From the sequence record NC_005859.1: 64,000 nucleotides of DNA. One strand, given 5' to 3'. The DNA is from Escherichia phage T5. Below are positions 9,756 to 19,435 of the stretch, in pieces (position 1 is the first letter of the stretch; every line of letters begins with the position of its first letter). Position numbers and translations under genes: made by a program. Below the pieces are notes generated by a model, which saw only the letters and a list, made by a program, of their open reading frames with translations, was not told where the DNA came from and searched no databases.

Positions 9756-10490
9756 CAAATCCGACATTTGCCCCCATGGATTACGCGTGGGCGTGTATGT
9801 GCAAATCCGACAATTTTTGGTAGTGTGCGAATCCGACCCGAAAAATTTTTATAGTGTGCAAATCCGACAATGAATTTTCCCAAAAACTCCAGCAATCACG
9901 AACTGCGTTCGAATCCTGTGGAATTAGCTAGAGTATGTGCAAATCCGACATGTGTTGAGATGTGCGAATCCGACAAGATTTTTGTGACTTCGATGGGAGG
10001 GTGTGTGATTGTATGGGTTTGAGGGGAAGATGAGAGAGCGAGAGAAATTTGGGAGGCTAGAAGGATATGGGCGCAGGATTGGTGCGGAGCACCTGATTTG
10101 CGGGGATTTTGGGGAAGAGTTGAGATAATTTGGGAAGATTTGAGATAGGTGCAGAAAAAGTAAAATTTTATTAGCTAAAGGGGGCAAAATAGCTTGACAA
10201 GTGAAAATTTCTGTGGCTCTAAAAACTCAGGCAATCATGGGCCTTCGGCCCGAAATAATGCTGCTATTTTCAGGAGAGTAAGAGTTCCTAAAAACTTAGG
10301 CGTTTGTGCAAATCCGACCATAAATTTCTAGAAACACAATGTGCAAATCCGACAGTAATTTCTGGAAATGTGTTTTCAAAAAATGTCTTCTAGAAATAAC
10401 CGCCCTCCCTATAACCGCCCTGTATTAAACCGCCTATTGCTGGAGTTTCTAGGAACATGAAAACTGCCCTAGAGTATGTGCAAATCCGAT
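9753..10490. repeat. dispersed 14-bp repeat family GTGCRAATCCGAC(A)
   Basis: 9 copies at ~9753, 9799, 9825, 9856, 9937, 9963, 10306, 10341, 10478; one more inside a CDS at 12164. Confidence 0.8.
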
Positions 10491-10560
10491 GAATATTTTT
10501 GTGTGATCCCTAGAATTTATACTTATCAATTTCCTAGAAACTCAGGAGTCTAGAAGAAAG
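10325..10560. repeat. cluster of TTCTAGAA-type palindromes
   Basis: at least 6 TTCTAGAAA/TTCTGGAAA/TTCTAGGAA/TCTAGAAG sites within ~240 bp. Confidence 0.6.
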
Positions 10561-10935
10561 TGTTGTGCCATCCTAGCAGATGAGCGGCAACAGGTGTATC
10601 ATCTTGAATGTAAATTATATGGTCAAAAGTTTTACTTTTATTTTAAATATAAGATCCCCCAGGGTTCTCATATAGAGCTTTGCCCCCGCCAGAAGGTCTC
10701 GTGATGTTTCTAGTAATTTATATTAAATTACTTATTAACTTGTCCTATCGCTCCGTATCCTCCGCTACAAGTTAGTAATTTTAAATTACTGAACCACCAC
10801 ACCTTCTGTGTGGCAACTCTAAATGGTTAATTCTATTAACTCATAGAGTTATGATAACATACATTTAGCTATCTGTCAACGAAAGTTTGTATTTGAGTCT
10901 CGGTACAGGTATTGTGCACCGAGATATGCAGAGTA

Positions 10936-11820
10936 TTATAATAATTCTTGGTATGCTTTTTGATACGCCTCAGTATCTGTAGGTGTATCTTTTGCTAACG
11001 CAATTAGTTCATCTGTTATCTGAACATTCGTACTATAACGTTGGTGGAACTCTTCTGGGATTTCTAGGTATCTATTTATGAACGCTGCAGCAAGCGGTGT
11101 AACTAACCCAATTTCTAGGGATAACTTAACTTGTTTCTCATAAATTAAATACTGAGAATCAGATGGGATTGGTGGGGTTACATCAACTTTTTCTGGTTCT
11201 TTTTCTGGAAGCAATGGATTGTTATACAATGCTTCATCTGGAAGCACAGATTTACGCTCTTTAAATATATAAGTTTCTAGATCCGATGCTTTAGATCCTG
11301 AGTAAACAGCGAAGATGCTAGCTTTACCTTGTGATGCCCTAACTGGTAAATAGTTAGTTGGGTAACTCCTTAATGCATCATGGAATGGACTTCCTGAGTA
11401 TTTGTATGTATCCCCATAGAGATCATCAATATTCATTCGTTCATCTTCAAAGATATGGAAAGAGCTAAATGATGGGATGGTGAAGTATTCCATCTGTAAC
11501 CCATAAACTAAGAAACGATGTGCATATGCGCTAATCTTTAAGACTGTGAATGCTTTCTCACCTTCTTTATAAGAATTGCCCTTTGAAGTAACTTGATAAC
11601 GCTTACAAAACATCTCTACTAAACGTTTCTCATTAATATTGAGTGAGGAATATAAACGTCCATTTAGCCCTAGAAGGGCATCAAACATAAATGCTAACTT
11701 ATCTTTTTCTTCTTGAGACAGTTCTGGAAATGGTAATACTTTGGCATTAGGAACATTATTGTTCTCTTTAGGTTTTGTTTTACCAGCATTTTGTCTTAGT
11801 TTATCTTTAAAGTTATACAT
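10936..11820 (-). CDS. hypothetical protein
   Basis: 294-aa ORF, first gene of minus-strand early block. Confidence 0.6.
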   Translation of the reverse strand: MYNFKDKLRQNAGKTKPKENNNVPNAKVLPFPELSQEEKDKLAFMFDALLGLNGRLYSSLNINEKRLVEMFCKRYQVTSKGNSYKEGEKAFTVLKISAYAHRFLVYGLQMEYFTIPSFSSFHIFEDERMNIDDLYGDTYKYSGSPFHDALRSYPTNYLPVRASQGKASIFAVYSGSKASDLETYIFKERKSVLPDEALYNNPLLPEKEPEKVDVTPPIPSDSQYLIYEKQVKLSLEIGLVTPLAAAFINRYLEIPEEFHQRYSTNVQITDELIALAKDTPTDTEAYQKAYQELL

Positions 11821-11901
11821 TATTTATCTCTCATTTTTTAAGGTCTGGATGACCTTCTTTTTATTTTAGAGCCTCCGTAGAGGCTCATGTATTAGGAATT
11901 A

Positions 11902-12510
11902 TTAATCCTTTTTATTCTCATTAATAACAGCTCCTAGTGCTTCAAGGATAGTATCATTTATACTCCCAGGCCTAAGATTATTAAAGTGAGTAACATAGAT
12001 GGGACTTTTAAAACCTTCAGTATCCACAGGTGCTACGCTTTTCATGTCAGATTCAAAAGCTTCTTGAGTATGTTTCAATTGTGCAGAAGGTCCATAATCT
12101 TCACCAACTCGATATGAGGAATTATTTTCTATAACGCCACCGCATGGAACATTGTGCAAATCCGACGTTATTTTAGGACTGTTCCACATTGTAATTGGCC
12201 CCGATTGCCACGGATCTCGAATAGTCACAGGAGTACTAGGACGGTTAACCTCAGTCTTCACAAGCTTATAACCAGCATCGATTAGTGTATTAATTAGATT
12301 ATCAGCGGGAATACGAGCCTTGCCAAAAATCTTACGAGCGTTGTTGAGCCTACCTTCAAAATCTTTACATGCTTTAATATTAGTGTGTGCAAAGGTTAGC
12401 TTCATAGATTTGAACTGTACGGTAGCAGTTAAATCTTTAAAAGCATAATCCCACGTATTCAGTTCATGATCTGGTACTACTTGAATAGATTGCTGTGCAT
12501 ATAAAGTCAT
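11902..12510 (-). CDS. hypothetical protein
   Basis: 202-aa ORF; contains one copy of the GTGCAAATCCGAC repeat motif at 12164-12176. Confidence 0.6.
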   Translation of the reverse strand: MTLYAQQSIQVVPDHELNTWDYAFKDLTATVQFKSMKLTFAHTNIKACKDFEGRLNNARKIFGKARIPADNLINTLIDAGYKLVKTEVNRPSTPVTIRDPWQSGPITMWNSPKITSDLHNVPCGGVIENNSSYRVGEDYGPSAQLKHTQEAFESDMKSVAPVDTEGFKSPIYVTHFNNLRPGSINDTILEALGAVINENKKD

Positions 12511-12695
12511 TATTTATTCTCCAGTTTGTCTAACATCTTATGAGCTGCTAGGTTATATTGTTTAAGTTCACGATTAAGGATTTGGTTCTCACATTTTAGT
12601 TCTAGGTTCTCCTTGTTAAGGAGATGGCAGATTAGTAGAAGTGCTAGTATAACTAGCAGAGAACCTACGAGCATTAAAAGAAAAAGAGTTTCCAT
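12510..12695 (-). CDS. small membrane protein
   Basis: 61 aa, hydrophobic N-terminus. Confidence 0.45.
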   Translation of the reverse strand: METLFLLMLVGSLLVILALLLICHLLNKENLELKCENQILNRELKQYNLAAHKMLDKLENK

Positions 12696-12928
12696 TATTT
12701 AATTCCCATGTAACGTTTGAGATACGTGATGAAGTCTTCTGTTGTATGTTCTACGCTACCCTGAACCACAAACAACTTTAAAGCCTCACGCTGTAATTTA
12801 AGAGCAGCTAACTCACCACGTAATTTTATTATATCTTCCGCTAGTTCTCTAGCTCTGCGCATAATAGCAAATGATACAAATGTTACAATAAATAACATAA
12901 CTGCTAAAATAATTACTATGATCTCCAT
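12695..12928 (-). CDS. small membrane protein
   Basis: 77 aa, hydrophobic N-terminus plus coiled-coil. Confidence 0.45.
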   Translation of the reverse strand: MEIIVIILAVMLFIVTFVSFAIMRRARELAEDIIKLRGELAALKLQREALKLFVVQGSVEHTTEDFITYLKRYMGIK

Positions 12929-13206
12929 ATTAACATCCAGCTCTTATCGTATATTTGGGCATGTTCTACTAATTCATTTATCGATGTAGAATTATCGTAG
13001 ATACCCTCTAGTAAACGTTTTCTGTCAAATTTATCAACCAAATACTCCGCGCCATTTATCACTACCCTATACAGCTCTGGAACTAAAGGATGTTTGTTTG
13101 GTATTGGGCGACTACCTAAGTCTATTTCGTTTTTACCCCACTCTGTTTTAAACAGTCTGTTGCTAAGTGCTGCTAGTGGGTTTGACCATACAATATAGCT
13201 ACTCAC
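12916..13206 (-). CDS. hypothetical protein
   Basis: 96-aa ORF. Confidence 0.5.
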   Translation of the reverse strand: MSSYIVWSNPLAALSNRLFKTEWGKNEIDLGSRPIPNKHPLVPELYRVVINGAEYLVDKFDRKRLLEGIYDNSTSINELVEHAQIYDKSWMLIWRS

Positions 13207-13747
13207 TATTTATCTCCATTCTTAGCTTTGAAAACTTATTATACCAAACTATATGATTATCGTCAATTACAAATTTATGGTAACATGCTGGTACGGTATA
13301 AGTTCCATAATCCGTGACACGCTGCACAACCTTGTGTGCGCACAGTCGACATCCATGACCCTCTAAATGAGATCTAGCAGTTTGCCAGTAATAACCCTCA
13401 TGGTCTGGACAATAAATCTCTACTTGTTGCTGCATTGTTTTATAGTTTACACGCTCATACCCAAAGAAAGCCCCGTGAGCTGCAATAGCTTTCTTGATAA
13501 ATATAAGGTTTAGCGCTTCTTGTTGAAAGTCGGGGTGTAGTTGCTTAATCTTAGTTCTATTAATAGATCCATCCGATTTGATGAACCTATTTATTGGAAA
13601 GTTGTTAGCTTCCTCGATTAATAGTTCATTTACTTTCTCTCTCATATTAGATACTCTCACAGTTAAGGTAGAAACATTCGTAAACATCTCCAGTAAACTC
13701 TTTATCTTGTAGTAAACACTTAGCTTGGTCTTCCGGTACTCCAGCAT
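13199..13747 (-). CDS. hypothetical Cys/His-containing protein
   Basis: 182-aa ORF (true start may be internal, e.g. 13645); HGCRLCAH motif. Confidence 0.5.
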   Translation of the reverse strand: MLEYRKTKLSVYYKIKSLLEMFTNVSTLTVRVSNMREKVNELLIEEANNFPINRFIKSDGSINRTKIKQLHPDFQQEALNLIFIKKAIAAHGAFFGYERVNYKTMQQQVEIYCPDHEGYYWQTARSHLEGHGCRLCAHKVVQRVTDYGTYTVPACYHKFVIDDNHIVWYNKFSKLRMEINSE

Positions 13748-13850
13748 CTAATAATTGTTGTTTACTTGGCTTTTCAGCGAATACTTTTACAAAATACTCA
13801 CCATCCTGATTATACTCATTTATATCTCTGGTAAGGACATATACTTGCAT
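13647..13850 (-). CDS. hypothetical protein
   Basis: 67-aa ORF. Confidence 0.4.
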   Translation of the reverse strand: MQVYVLTRDINEYNQDGEYFVKVFAEKPSKQQLLDAGVPEDQAKCLLQDKEFTGDVYECFYLNCESI

Positions 13851-13870
13851 TTGAAGTTCCTTGAAAACAT

Positions 13871-13900
13871 AAAAGGCCAGAACAATTAAGTCCTGGCCTC
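13871..13900 (-). terminator. intrinsic terminator
   Basis: stem GGCCAG...CTGGCC with U-tract on minus strand (plus AAAA at 13871-13874). Confidence 0.55.
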
Positions 13901-13906
13901 CTAAAA

Positions 13907-14344
13907 TTAATGAAGTTGTTTACCACTTCGTAACATAGTGGCCGTTTCCATAAGACCTAGCGTAGTATCACGCTTATTGATCTGTTTACCAAGTTCATCG
14001 GTACGTTTACCAATGTAAGCGTTAATAGCCATATTCATAGCTGTAGCGAGATCTTCTTTGGTTATCTCTTCATCATCTAAAGCTAATTTAGCCAAAGAAT
14101 CAAATGTGCTAGAGAGTCCTATAAGATCTGAGGTTTCTCCAGCCAAAATAGGATTAATATTATCTACTGTTACTTCTAGCATGGAGTTGACAATATCTTC
14201 ACCATCTATTAGACCAGTTTCAATATTACTCTCCCACTCCTTCATCTGCTCCAATAATGGATTTTTCTTTTCTGTCATGGTAGAGGTTTCCTGTGTCAGT
14301 CGGTAAGAAGGATGATTGCGTTTTAGGTGGATGTTGCTTAGCAA
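13907..14344 (-). CDS. hypothetical acidic protein
   Basis: 145-aa ORF; start may be internal. Confidence 0.5.
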   Translation of the reverse strand: MLSNIHLKRNHPSYRLTQETSTMTEKKNPLLEQMKEWESNIETGLIDGEDIVNSMLEVTVDNINPILAGETSDLIGLSSTFDSLAKLALDDEEITKEDLATAMNMAINAYIGKRTDELGKQINKRDTTLGLMETATMLRSGKQLH

Positions 14345-14687
14345 TCCAGTTAAGAATCAGCACGCGACTAGGAACAATATCGGTGTTATACCAAAAATCG
14401 TGAACCCATTGACGAGCATCTTCAAACTTACCAAATTTATATGCTTTCTTAAACAATTCAAATCCAAAACAATCTGGTGTAAAGTCTACTTCGCGATATT
14501 GAATTACTTTAGAACCAGTTAGGTCTTGGATCGCTGCATTAATTTCTGTATGCGAGAATTTTGTTTCATGAAACTTATTAAAGAATCGGTAGTTGAAGCG
14601 TCCGTTCGTTTCGACAAATAACTGGATGAAGAGATCGTTAAATTGGTTATCAAACCAGTAATTTTGTAGTTGTTGTAGTGCTGTCAT
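14226..14687 (-). CDS. hypothetical protein
   Basis: 153-aa ORF. Confidence 0.5.
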   Translation of the reverse strand: MTALQQLQNYWFDNQFNDLFIQLFVETNGRFNYRFFNKFHETKFSHTEINAAIQDLTGSKVIQYREVDFTPDCFGFELFKKAYKFGKFEDARQWVHDFWYNTDIVPSRVLILNWIAKQHPPKTQSSFLPTDTGNLYHDRKEKSIIGADEGVGE

Positions 14688-14884
14688 TTACGAACCCCGT
14701 TAATTGCCATAATGATGCCTTCGTACATAAAAGGAAGTAACCCAGAAGTATAGAATATATTTTCCGTTATTCCTAGATGCCGAAAAAGTATATTAAACAA
14801 TGCTGTTAGAAATACAATCTGAGGCAGTAATACAAAATACTCAGTTACAATCTTTGGTGCCTGATAAACAAGACGTTTTACCAT
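14684..14884 (-). CDS. small membrane protein
   Basis: 66 aa hydrophobic. Confidence 0.4.
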   Translation of the reverse strand: MVKRLVYQAPKIVTEYFVLLPQIVFLTALFNILFRHLGITENIFYTSGLLPFMYEGIIMAINGVRK

Positions 14885-14983
14885 TGTTTTTAAGTCTCCT
14901 TATTACTTTGGCCTGCTCCACAATAATGAAAACTGCGAGTACTAATAGTGCTATTAGTCCCGCAGTAATTGGTACTAGATCAA

Positions 14984-15361
14984 TCATGGGAGACGCCATA
15001 CGTAATTAGCTGTCTGTAGGACTTCGGAAACATCATCATGTTGCATCACTACAGACGTTGGAGAGTAACTATTCGCCAGTTCTGTACGAACCATCTCACG
15101 TTCTTCTCCAGTTTCAATATTTTTAACAACCACCTTCATTTTGAGAGGTGTCAGTTCAGAGAGCGGTTTCCAAGAGTCCTCAATTGCAATTCCTACCTTT
15201 TTCTCGATTACCATGAGAACTTCTAGTGTGTCATCTGGAATACTAATATTATTATTTACAAACTGTAACAGCTCATGCAAAGTATTTAATTCGTTAAAAT
15301 TAAGTTTCATCTTTAAGAATATCCTCAACCATATCACAGGACTGTTGTAATTCGTCAGCAA
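14984..15361 (-). CDS. hypothetical protein
   Basis: 125-aa ORF. Confidence 0.5.
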   Translation of the reverse strand: MLTNYNSPVIWLRIFLKMKLNFNELNTLHELLQFVNNNISIPDDTLEVLMVIEKKVGIAIEDSWKPLSELTPLKMKVVVKNIETGEEREMVRTELANSYSPTSVVMQHDDVSEVLQTANYVWRLP

Positions 15362-15545
15362 TGCGCTTAATATCGGTCTTCGTCACTTTACCGATTAACA
15401 TCACCAGTAACATAGAAAGTATAATAAGTGGGACTGGAATAACAAATAATGCTACCTTAGCTATATTCTTTGGTGTCCATGTGTGATACTTAGTAACTAG
15501 AACTCCTACCACGATTAGGTAAAATGCTAGAATAAACATCATCAT
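15300..15545 (-). CDS. small membrane protein
   Basis: 81 aa, two TM segments. Confidence 0.4.
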   Translation of the reverse strand: MMMFILAFYLIVVGVLVTKYHTWTPKNIAKVALFVIPVPLIILSMLLVMLIGKVTKTDIKRIADELQQSCDMVEDILKDET

Positions 15546-15823
15546 TTTTTAATCTCCGTGATTATCTGTGTACGCATTACTTTAGCAGGTAATTTACTAT
15601 TCCCAACTATTGCTTCTATATTATTTAATTTTTCCTTAAGAATATCCGAGCGTCTTTGTGCTAATTCAATATCTTGCTCTTGCTCTAGTAACCGGTGATG
15701 TAGCCCATCATTAGTAATGAGCATACTTTCCATGTTTTTTCGTGCGTTTACAATCCCAATAACTCCACCAATCGCTACTAGCGTAGTAAGAATTAGTAAT
15801 CCAATAAGAATTTCAACCAACAT
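15542..15823 (-). CDS. small membrane protein
   Basis: 93 aa, N-terminal TM then coiled-coil. Confidence 0.4.
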   Translation of the reverse strand: MLVEILIGLLILTTLVAIGGVIGIVNARKNMESMLITNDGLHHRLLEQEQDIELAQRRSDILKEKLNNIEAIVGNSKLPAKVMRTQIITEIKK

Positions 15824-15986
15824 TAAATATCCTTACATTTTTCATTGTTTGGAACTAGTTTACACATCTCCACATTTAACTCGTGGATAGAATTGTCTAG
15901 TTCTGCTAAACGTGTGTGAAGAGAAACTATACTATATATTAATACCCCTAAAAGGAATGATAGCATAAAAATGGATATTCTTTCCA

Positions 15987-16256
15987 TTATTTCTTACCTT
16001 TCAGTTGCTTAACTTCACGCTCAAAAGATGCTGCACGACGTTCGGCAGTCGCTTGATGCTCTTTAGCAAAACGTGCTTCTTGTTTCGCTAAGTTAAAGGC
16101 CATAGCGTTCTTGTTTAGAGAATCATACATCTTTTTCATTGCCGGAATAGACATCTTCATGAGCTGGCCCTCAAAACCCTGCATGTCGAGGAGAATTGCC
16201 AGAACGTTAGCCATTTCATTTTTAGTCATGTTTTCCATTAGAATTTCCTCTCTCAT
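15987..16256 (-). CDS. hypothetical coiled-coil protein
   Basis: 89-aa ORF downstream of canonical early promoter. Confidence 0.45.
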   Translation of the reverse strand: MREEILMENMTKNEMANVLAILLDMQGFEGQLMKMSIPAMKKMYDSLNKNAMAFNLAKQEARFAKEHQATAERRAASFEREVKQLKGKK

Positions 16257-16270
16257 TAATTTATGAACTT

Positions 16271-16299
16271 ATTATACAGAATTTTAAGGCTTAAAGCAA
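16271..16299 (-). promoter_or_regulatory. T5-type early promoter
   Basis: minus-strand TTGCTT-N17-TATAAT with A/T-rich upstream tract. Confidence 0.7.
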
Positions 16300-16316
16300 C
16301 TGAATTTTTTAATTAC

Positions 16317-16748
16317 TTACCAATCGTTAACAACACCAGAGAACTCAGAAGCAAAAACTTTCTCAAATTTTTCTGCAATTTCAGGATGATCTTTACAGAT
16401 TAACTCAATACATGCTTCTGGAGTCATTCCTTCGTCTTCAGGATCACCGTAATATTTGTCCCAAAGATCATCAGGGATGATGTGCTCTGCCAAATCTTGG
16501 AAAGAAATTAACTGATAACGTTCTGCCTCCTCGGGGATAAGGATTTCACAAAGATCTTTATCTATATCACTACGGTAATCAGCAATTAGCAAGGCATTGC
16601 AAGCATGGCACTCCCAGACCATCAAGCGTTCAGAAATAGGATTAGACTTATCCTGAACGTAGGACTGAAACAGGGTTCGGAAAGTAGCTTTAACTTGTTC
16701 AAACTTATCTGCTGCTGCGAAAACTAGAGCTTTATCAACTTTGTTCAT
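16317..16748 (-). CDS. hypothetical protein
   Basis: 143-aa ORF downstream of canonical early promoter. Confidence 0.55.
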   Translation of the reverse strand: MNKVDKALVFAAADKFEQVKATFRTLFQSYVQDKSNPISERLMVWECHACNALLIADYRSDIDKDLCEILIPEEAERYQLISFQDLAEHIIPDDLWDKYYGDPEDEGMTPEACIELICKDHPEIAEKFEKVFASEFSGVVNDW

Positions 16749-16778
16749 TTTGTTTCCTTCTCATCAATTTATAAAGTA

Positions 16779-16807
16779 ATTATACAGAAACTTAAGCATT
16801 TTAGCAA
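16779..16807 (-). promoter_or_regulatory. T5-type early promoter
   Basis: minus-strand TTGCTA-N17-TATAAT. Confidence 0.7.
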
Positions 16808-16915
16808 ATAAAACTTTTAATTAAAATACCTAGTCCTGTACCAATAGCAATACAAATGATTATAAGTATTGCTACTGCTTGTATGACTCGTTTAATAATA
16901 GCCTCAGCTATATAC

Positions 16916-17437
16916 TTAGACATTTAACATCCAGCTAGTTTTATCATGAGAAGTATACTTACCACTCATAATGTCTTCCAGTCGTACTGGTGATTTTGCA
17001 TACTCTACACAAACGTTAATATAGCGAGAGTCTCCCATTAACTCAAAATGAGTATGCCCGTGTAAGTTCTTCTTGCCCCTTAACTCTTCTGGATGTACTG
17101 GAGCATGGGAAAGCCAAAAGTTTTTATACTTAACTAGGGATTGTACATTATCTACTACTCCTACTAAGTCTTTGAAAGATAACCTTTCTCGTTCTAAGTC
17201 GTGGTTCCCCAAAACTAACGTAGTTCTAACATTACTAAAGAGTTTTTCGAATTTCTCCAAACCATCCCTAGATACAAATGCATCCCCTAAAATATAGAAT
17301 ACTGTACGCTTATCTTTCATGGATATAATAGTATCCATAATAAATTCATCATGCTCTTCCATAGTAGAGAAGATTGGCCTGAATTTAGTAATATTTGCAT
17401 GCCCTAAGTGGAGATCGCTCCAAAAGCAGACTTTCAT
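16916..17437 (-). CDS. metallophosphoesterase
   Basis: 173 aa; motifs DLHLGH, GDAF..RDG, GNHD, HGHTH. Confidence 0.65.
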   Translation of the reverse strand: MKVCFWSDLHLGHANITKFRPIFSTMEEHDEFIMDTIISMKDKRTVFYILGDAFVSRDGLEKFEKLFSNVRTTLVLGNHDLERERLSFKDLVGVVDNVQSLVKYKNFWLSHAPVHPEELRGKKNLHGHTHFELMGDSRYINVCVEYAKSPVRLEDIMSGKYTSHDKTSWMLNV

Positions 17438-18312
17438 TAAAGAATCCTCTGTATGCCACAGCTATCTTCTCGAAGCGTGGTAAATGTTGTGATTTTCCCA
17501 GTTTCATCATTAACTTGCGCAACCGTCAACTGCCCGTTGAAAACACCGCCAGTATCTAGGTAAACACGATTCTGGTATAAAATAGGGTAAGGTACTCCGG
17601 TATGTCCATGAAATACAAAGTCTACTCCATTAACTGGAGGTACTTCTACCATGTATTTTTCTTTAAACTCAGAATAACGCTGGAAATACGGGTGTTCCTC
17701 ACCATTTTTAGACAAATGGAGGCCTATTTCTTGGATTACATCTCGATCCCATAAGTATGGTTCCACATGGTACCCAGGATGGTCATGTGGGTCTTCCTTA
17801 GCTGCTTCTACTTGTGCAATAAGGTTATCCCATACTGGGGTTTCTACTTCGTTACCACATTCTTTGTACGTAAAAGGTACACCACCATGAACAACACCAT
17901 ACTTCTTGCCACGATGTTTAACAGTTAGGAATACTGGAAGTTTTTCAGCCATGTCTTCGGCAATATTTTTAATGGTATCTGCATCTAGTTCATTCATAGC
18001 CCATATACCACCGTTATACATCCAGTTAGCCCAATCTCCTACAATCATAAACTGGTCATGATTTCCACGAACGCTACAGAAACGTGGATTATATAAGAAT
18101 TTAGCTAGAACTTGTAGATTCTGCGTGCCTCGGTCAATTAAATCCCCTACACATACAACGCAATCTTTCTTACCGTTATAGCCAGCTAATTGTAGAGCAT
18201 CTTCTAGCAAATCGTTGCACCCATGAATATCTCCAACAAAGAATAAGTTAACATCATCAGGTACTACTAGTGTTTTATGTACATTAAATTCTTTTTTCAT
18301 AATTATTCCCAA
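17437..18312 (-). CDS. serine/threonine protein phosphatase (PPP family, lambda-PPase-like)
   Basis: 291 aa; GDIHGC, GDLIDRG, GNHD, HGG motifs. Confidence 0.8.
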   Translation of the reverse strand: MGIIMKKEFNVHKTLVVPDDVNLFFVGDIHGCNDLLEDALQLAGYNGKKDCVVCVGDLIDRGTQNLQVLAKFLYNPRFCSVRGNHDQFMIVGDWANWMYNGGIWAMNELDADTIKNIAEDMAEKLPVFLTVKHRGKKYGVVHGGVPFTYKECGNEVETPVWDNLIAQVEAAKEDPHDHPGYHVEPYLWDRDVIQEIGLHLSKNGEEHPYFQRYSEFKEKYMVEVPPVNGVDFVFHGHTGVPYPILYQNRVYLDTGGVFNGQLTVAQVNDETGKITTFTTLREDSCGIQRIL

Positions 18313-18548
18313 ATAACATTTAAAATAGTTGTACCATAATTATTTGATAGTTTTAGAGTATAACCCTCTTTATTGAGGGCTTTTATAGCTTCATAACTAA
18401 TTTCGTCACGATTAAGCTGTACAAAAGAACCTCCAATCTCTACAGAAGATACTATCCTCCGCTTAACCCATCTATACGTTTTCTTTCTGCTCTTGAGAAG
18501 AGCAGCTCTATTAACTCTAGATAAACGTTTTGCTTGCTCTGCTAACAT
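18303..18548 (-). CDS. hypothetical protein
   Basis: 81-aa ORF. Confidence 0.4.
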   Translation of the reverse strand: MLAEQAKRLSRVNRAALLKSRKKTYRWVKRRIVSSVEIGGSFVQLNRDEISYEAIKALNKEGYTLKLSNNYGTTILNVIWE

Positions 18549-18575
18549 TTAATCCTCCTATCAATCTATACAAAT

Positions 18576-18604
18576 ATTATACCAAAATTTTTAGCTGAAA
18601 GCAA
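18576..18604 (-). promoter_or_regulatory. T5-type early promoter
   Basis: minus-strand TTGCTT-N17-TATAAT immediately after a terminator hairpin. Confidence 0.7.
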
Positions 18605-18610
18605 GTAAAA

Positions 18611-18640
18611 TAAAAGCCTGATCCGCTAAGATCAGGCTTG
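18611..18640 (-). terminator. intrinsic terminator
   Basis: stem AGCCTGATC/GATCAGGCT; minus-strand U-tract; followed by promoter. Confidence 0.6.
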
Positions 18641-18645
18641 GTTTA

Positions 18646-18936
18646 TTAATCCTCTGGATTATCATCCAGGAAATTTTTAATGGCTTCGTGCATAGTTTCT
18701 TTACGAAGCTGACGTCCAATCAAAATATGATTAGCTTCTACTCGACCATTAGGTAATCGATCTGCCAGAACTACTACAGGAACTTGGCGTACACCAAATT
18801 TCTGCATTAATTCTGTATTATCAGTCTCTTTATGGATTTCCAAATTATAGTCATTGACTACTTTATCAAATACTGGCTCAAACATTTTGCAAGGATTGCA
18901 AGTGGAACCTTTTAATAGGTATACTAATTTACTCAT
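18646..18936 (-). CDS. thioredoxin/glutaredoxin-like redoxin
   Basis: 96 aa with CxxC (CNPC) near N-terminus. Confidence 0.55.
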   Translation of the reverse strand: MSKLVYLLKGSTCNPCKMFEPVFDKVVNDYNLEIHKETDNTELMQKFGVRQVPVVVLADRLPNGRVEANHILIGRQLRKETMHEAIKNFLDDNPED

Positions 18937-19360
18937 AGTTATTAATGGCCTCTAAGAAGTTTTTCATAGTTTTTACGGTTGCGGTGCTCAGATCAAGATT
19001 TACACCCAAACACTCGGTTAATGCTTCCTGATAAGGAGCCTTTAATCTGCCTTCTGGGACTTCTACCTTCTTATATTCTTTATTTTTGACCTTTTTAATC
19101 ATAGTCTCTAGTACAAGAAGCGGTAATTTAGCACCTTCAATATCAGTACCCAAAAGTTCAGTTAAAATTTTATTAAGATCAAGACGAGTTAACTTTTTGC
19201 CCTTAGACATAGATGCACCTACCTTTGTATCAATAGATTTTTCCGCTTTCTTTTCGAGCTTTTTGTACTCAGGAGAGTCATGATCACGGAGTGCAATGTT
19301 TAGCTCGTAATGTGGTATACGAAAATGTTCCGCCATTTGAGTGTAGAAACGATCAGACAT
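18929..19360 (-). CDS. hypothetical protein
   Basis: 143-aa ORF. Confidence 0.5.
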   Translation of the reverse strand: MSDRFYTQMAEHFRIPHYELNIALRDHDSPEYKKLEKKAEKSIDTKVGASMSKGKKLTRLDLNKILTELLGTDIEGAKLPLLVLETMIKKVKNKEYKKVEVPEGRLKAPYQEALTECLGVNLDLSTATVKTMKNFLEAINNYE

Positions 19361-19393
19361 AATATATACCTCTCTTAACTAATTTATGTATAT

Positions 19394-19422
19394 ATTATAT
19401 AATAACTAGGGCTAAAAGTCAA
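19394..19422 (-). promoter_or_regulatory. sigma70 promoter
   Basis: minus-strand TTGACT-N17-TATAAT upstream of 18929..19360. Confidence 0.65.
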
Positions 19423-19435
19423 CTACTTTTTTATC

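Noticed and set aside
9653-10187. ORFs 9653..9895 and 9924..10187 in the repeat region
   Set aside because: They are frames read through the repeat arrays, with no SD and repetitive low-complexity products.
9546-10560. Possible CRISPR array
   Set aside because: Repeat units are AT-rich, of several unrelated families, irregularly spaced and not separated by uniform-length unique spacers; no cas genes are present.
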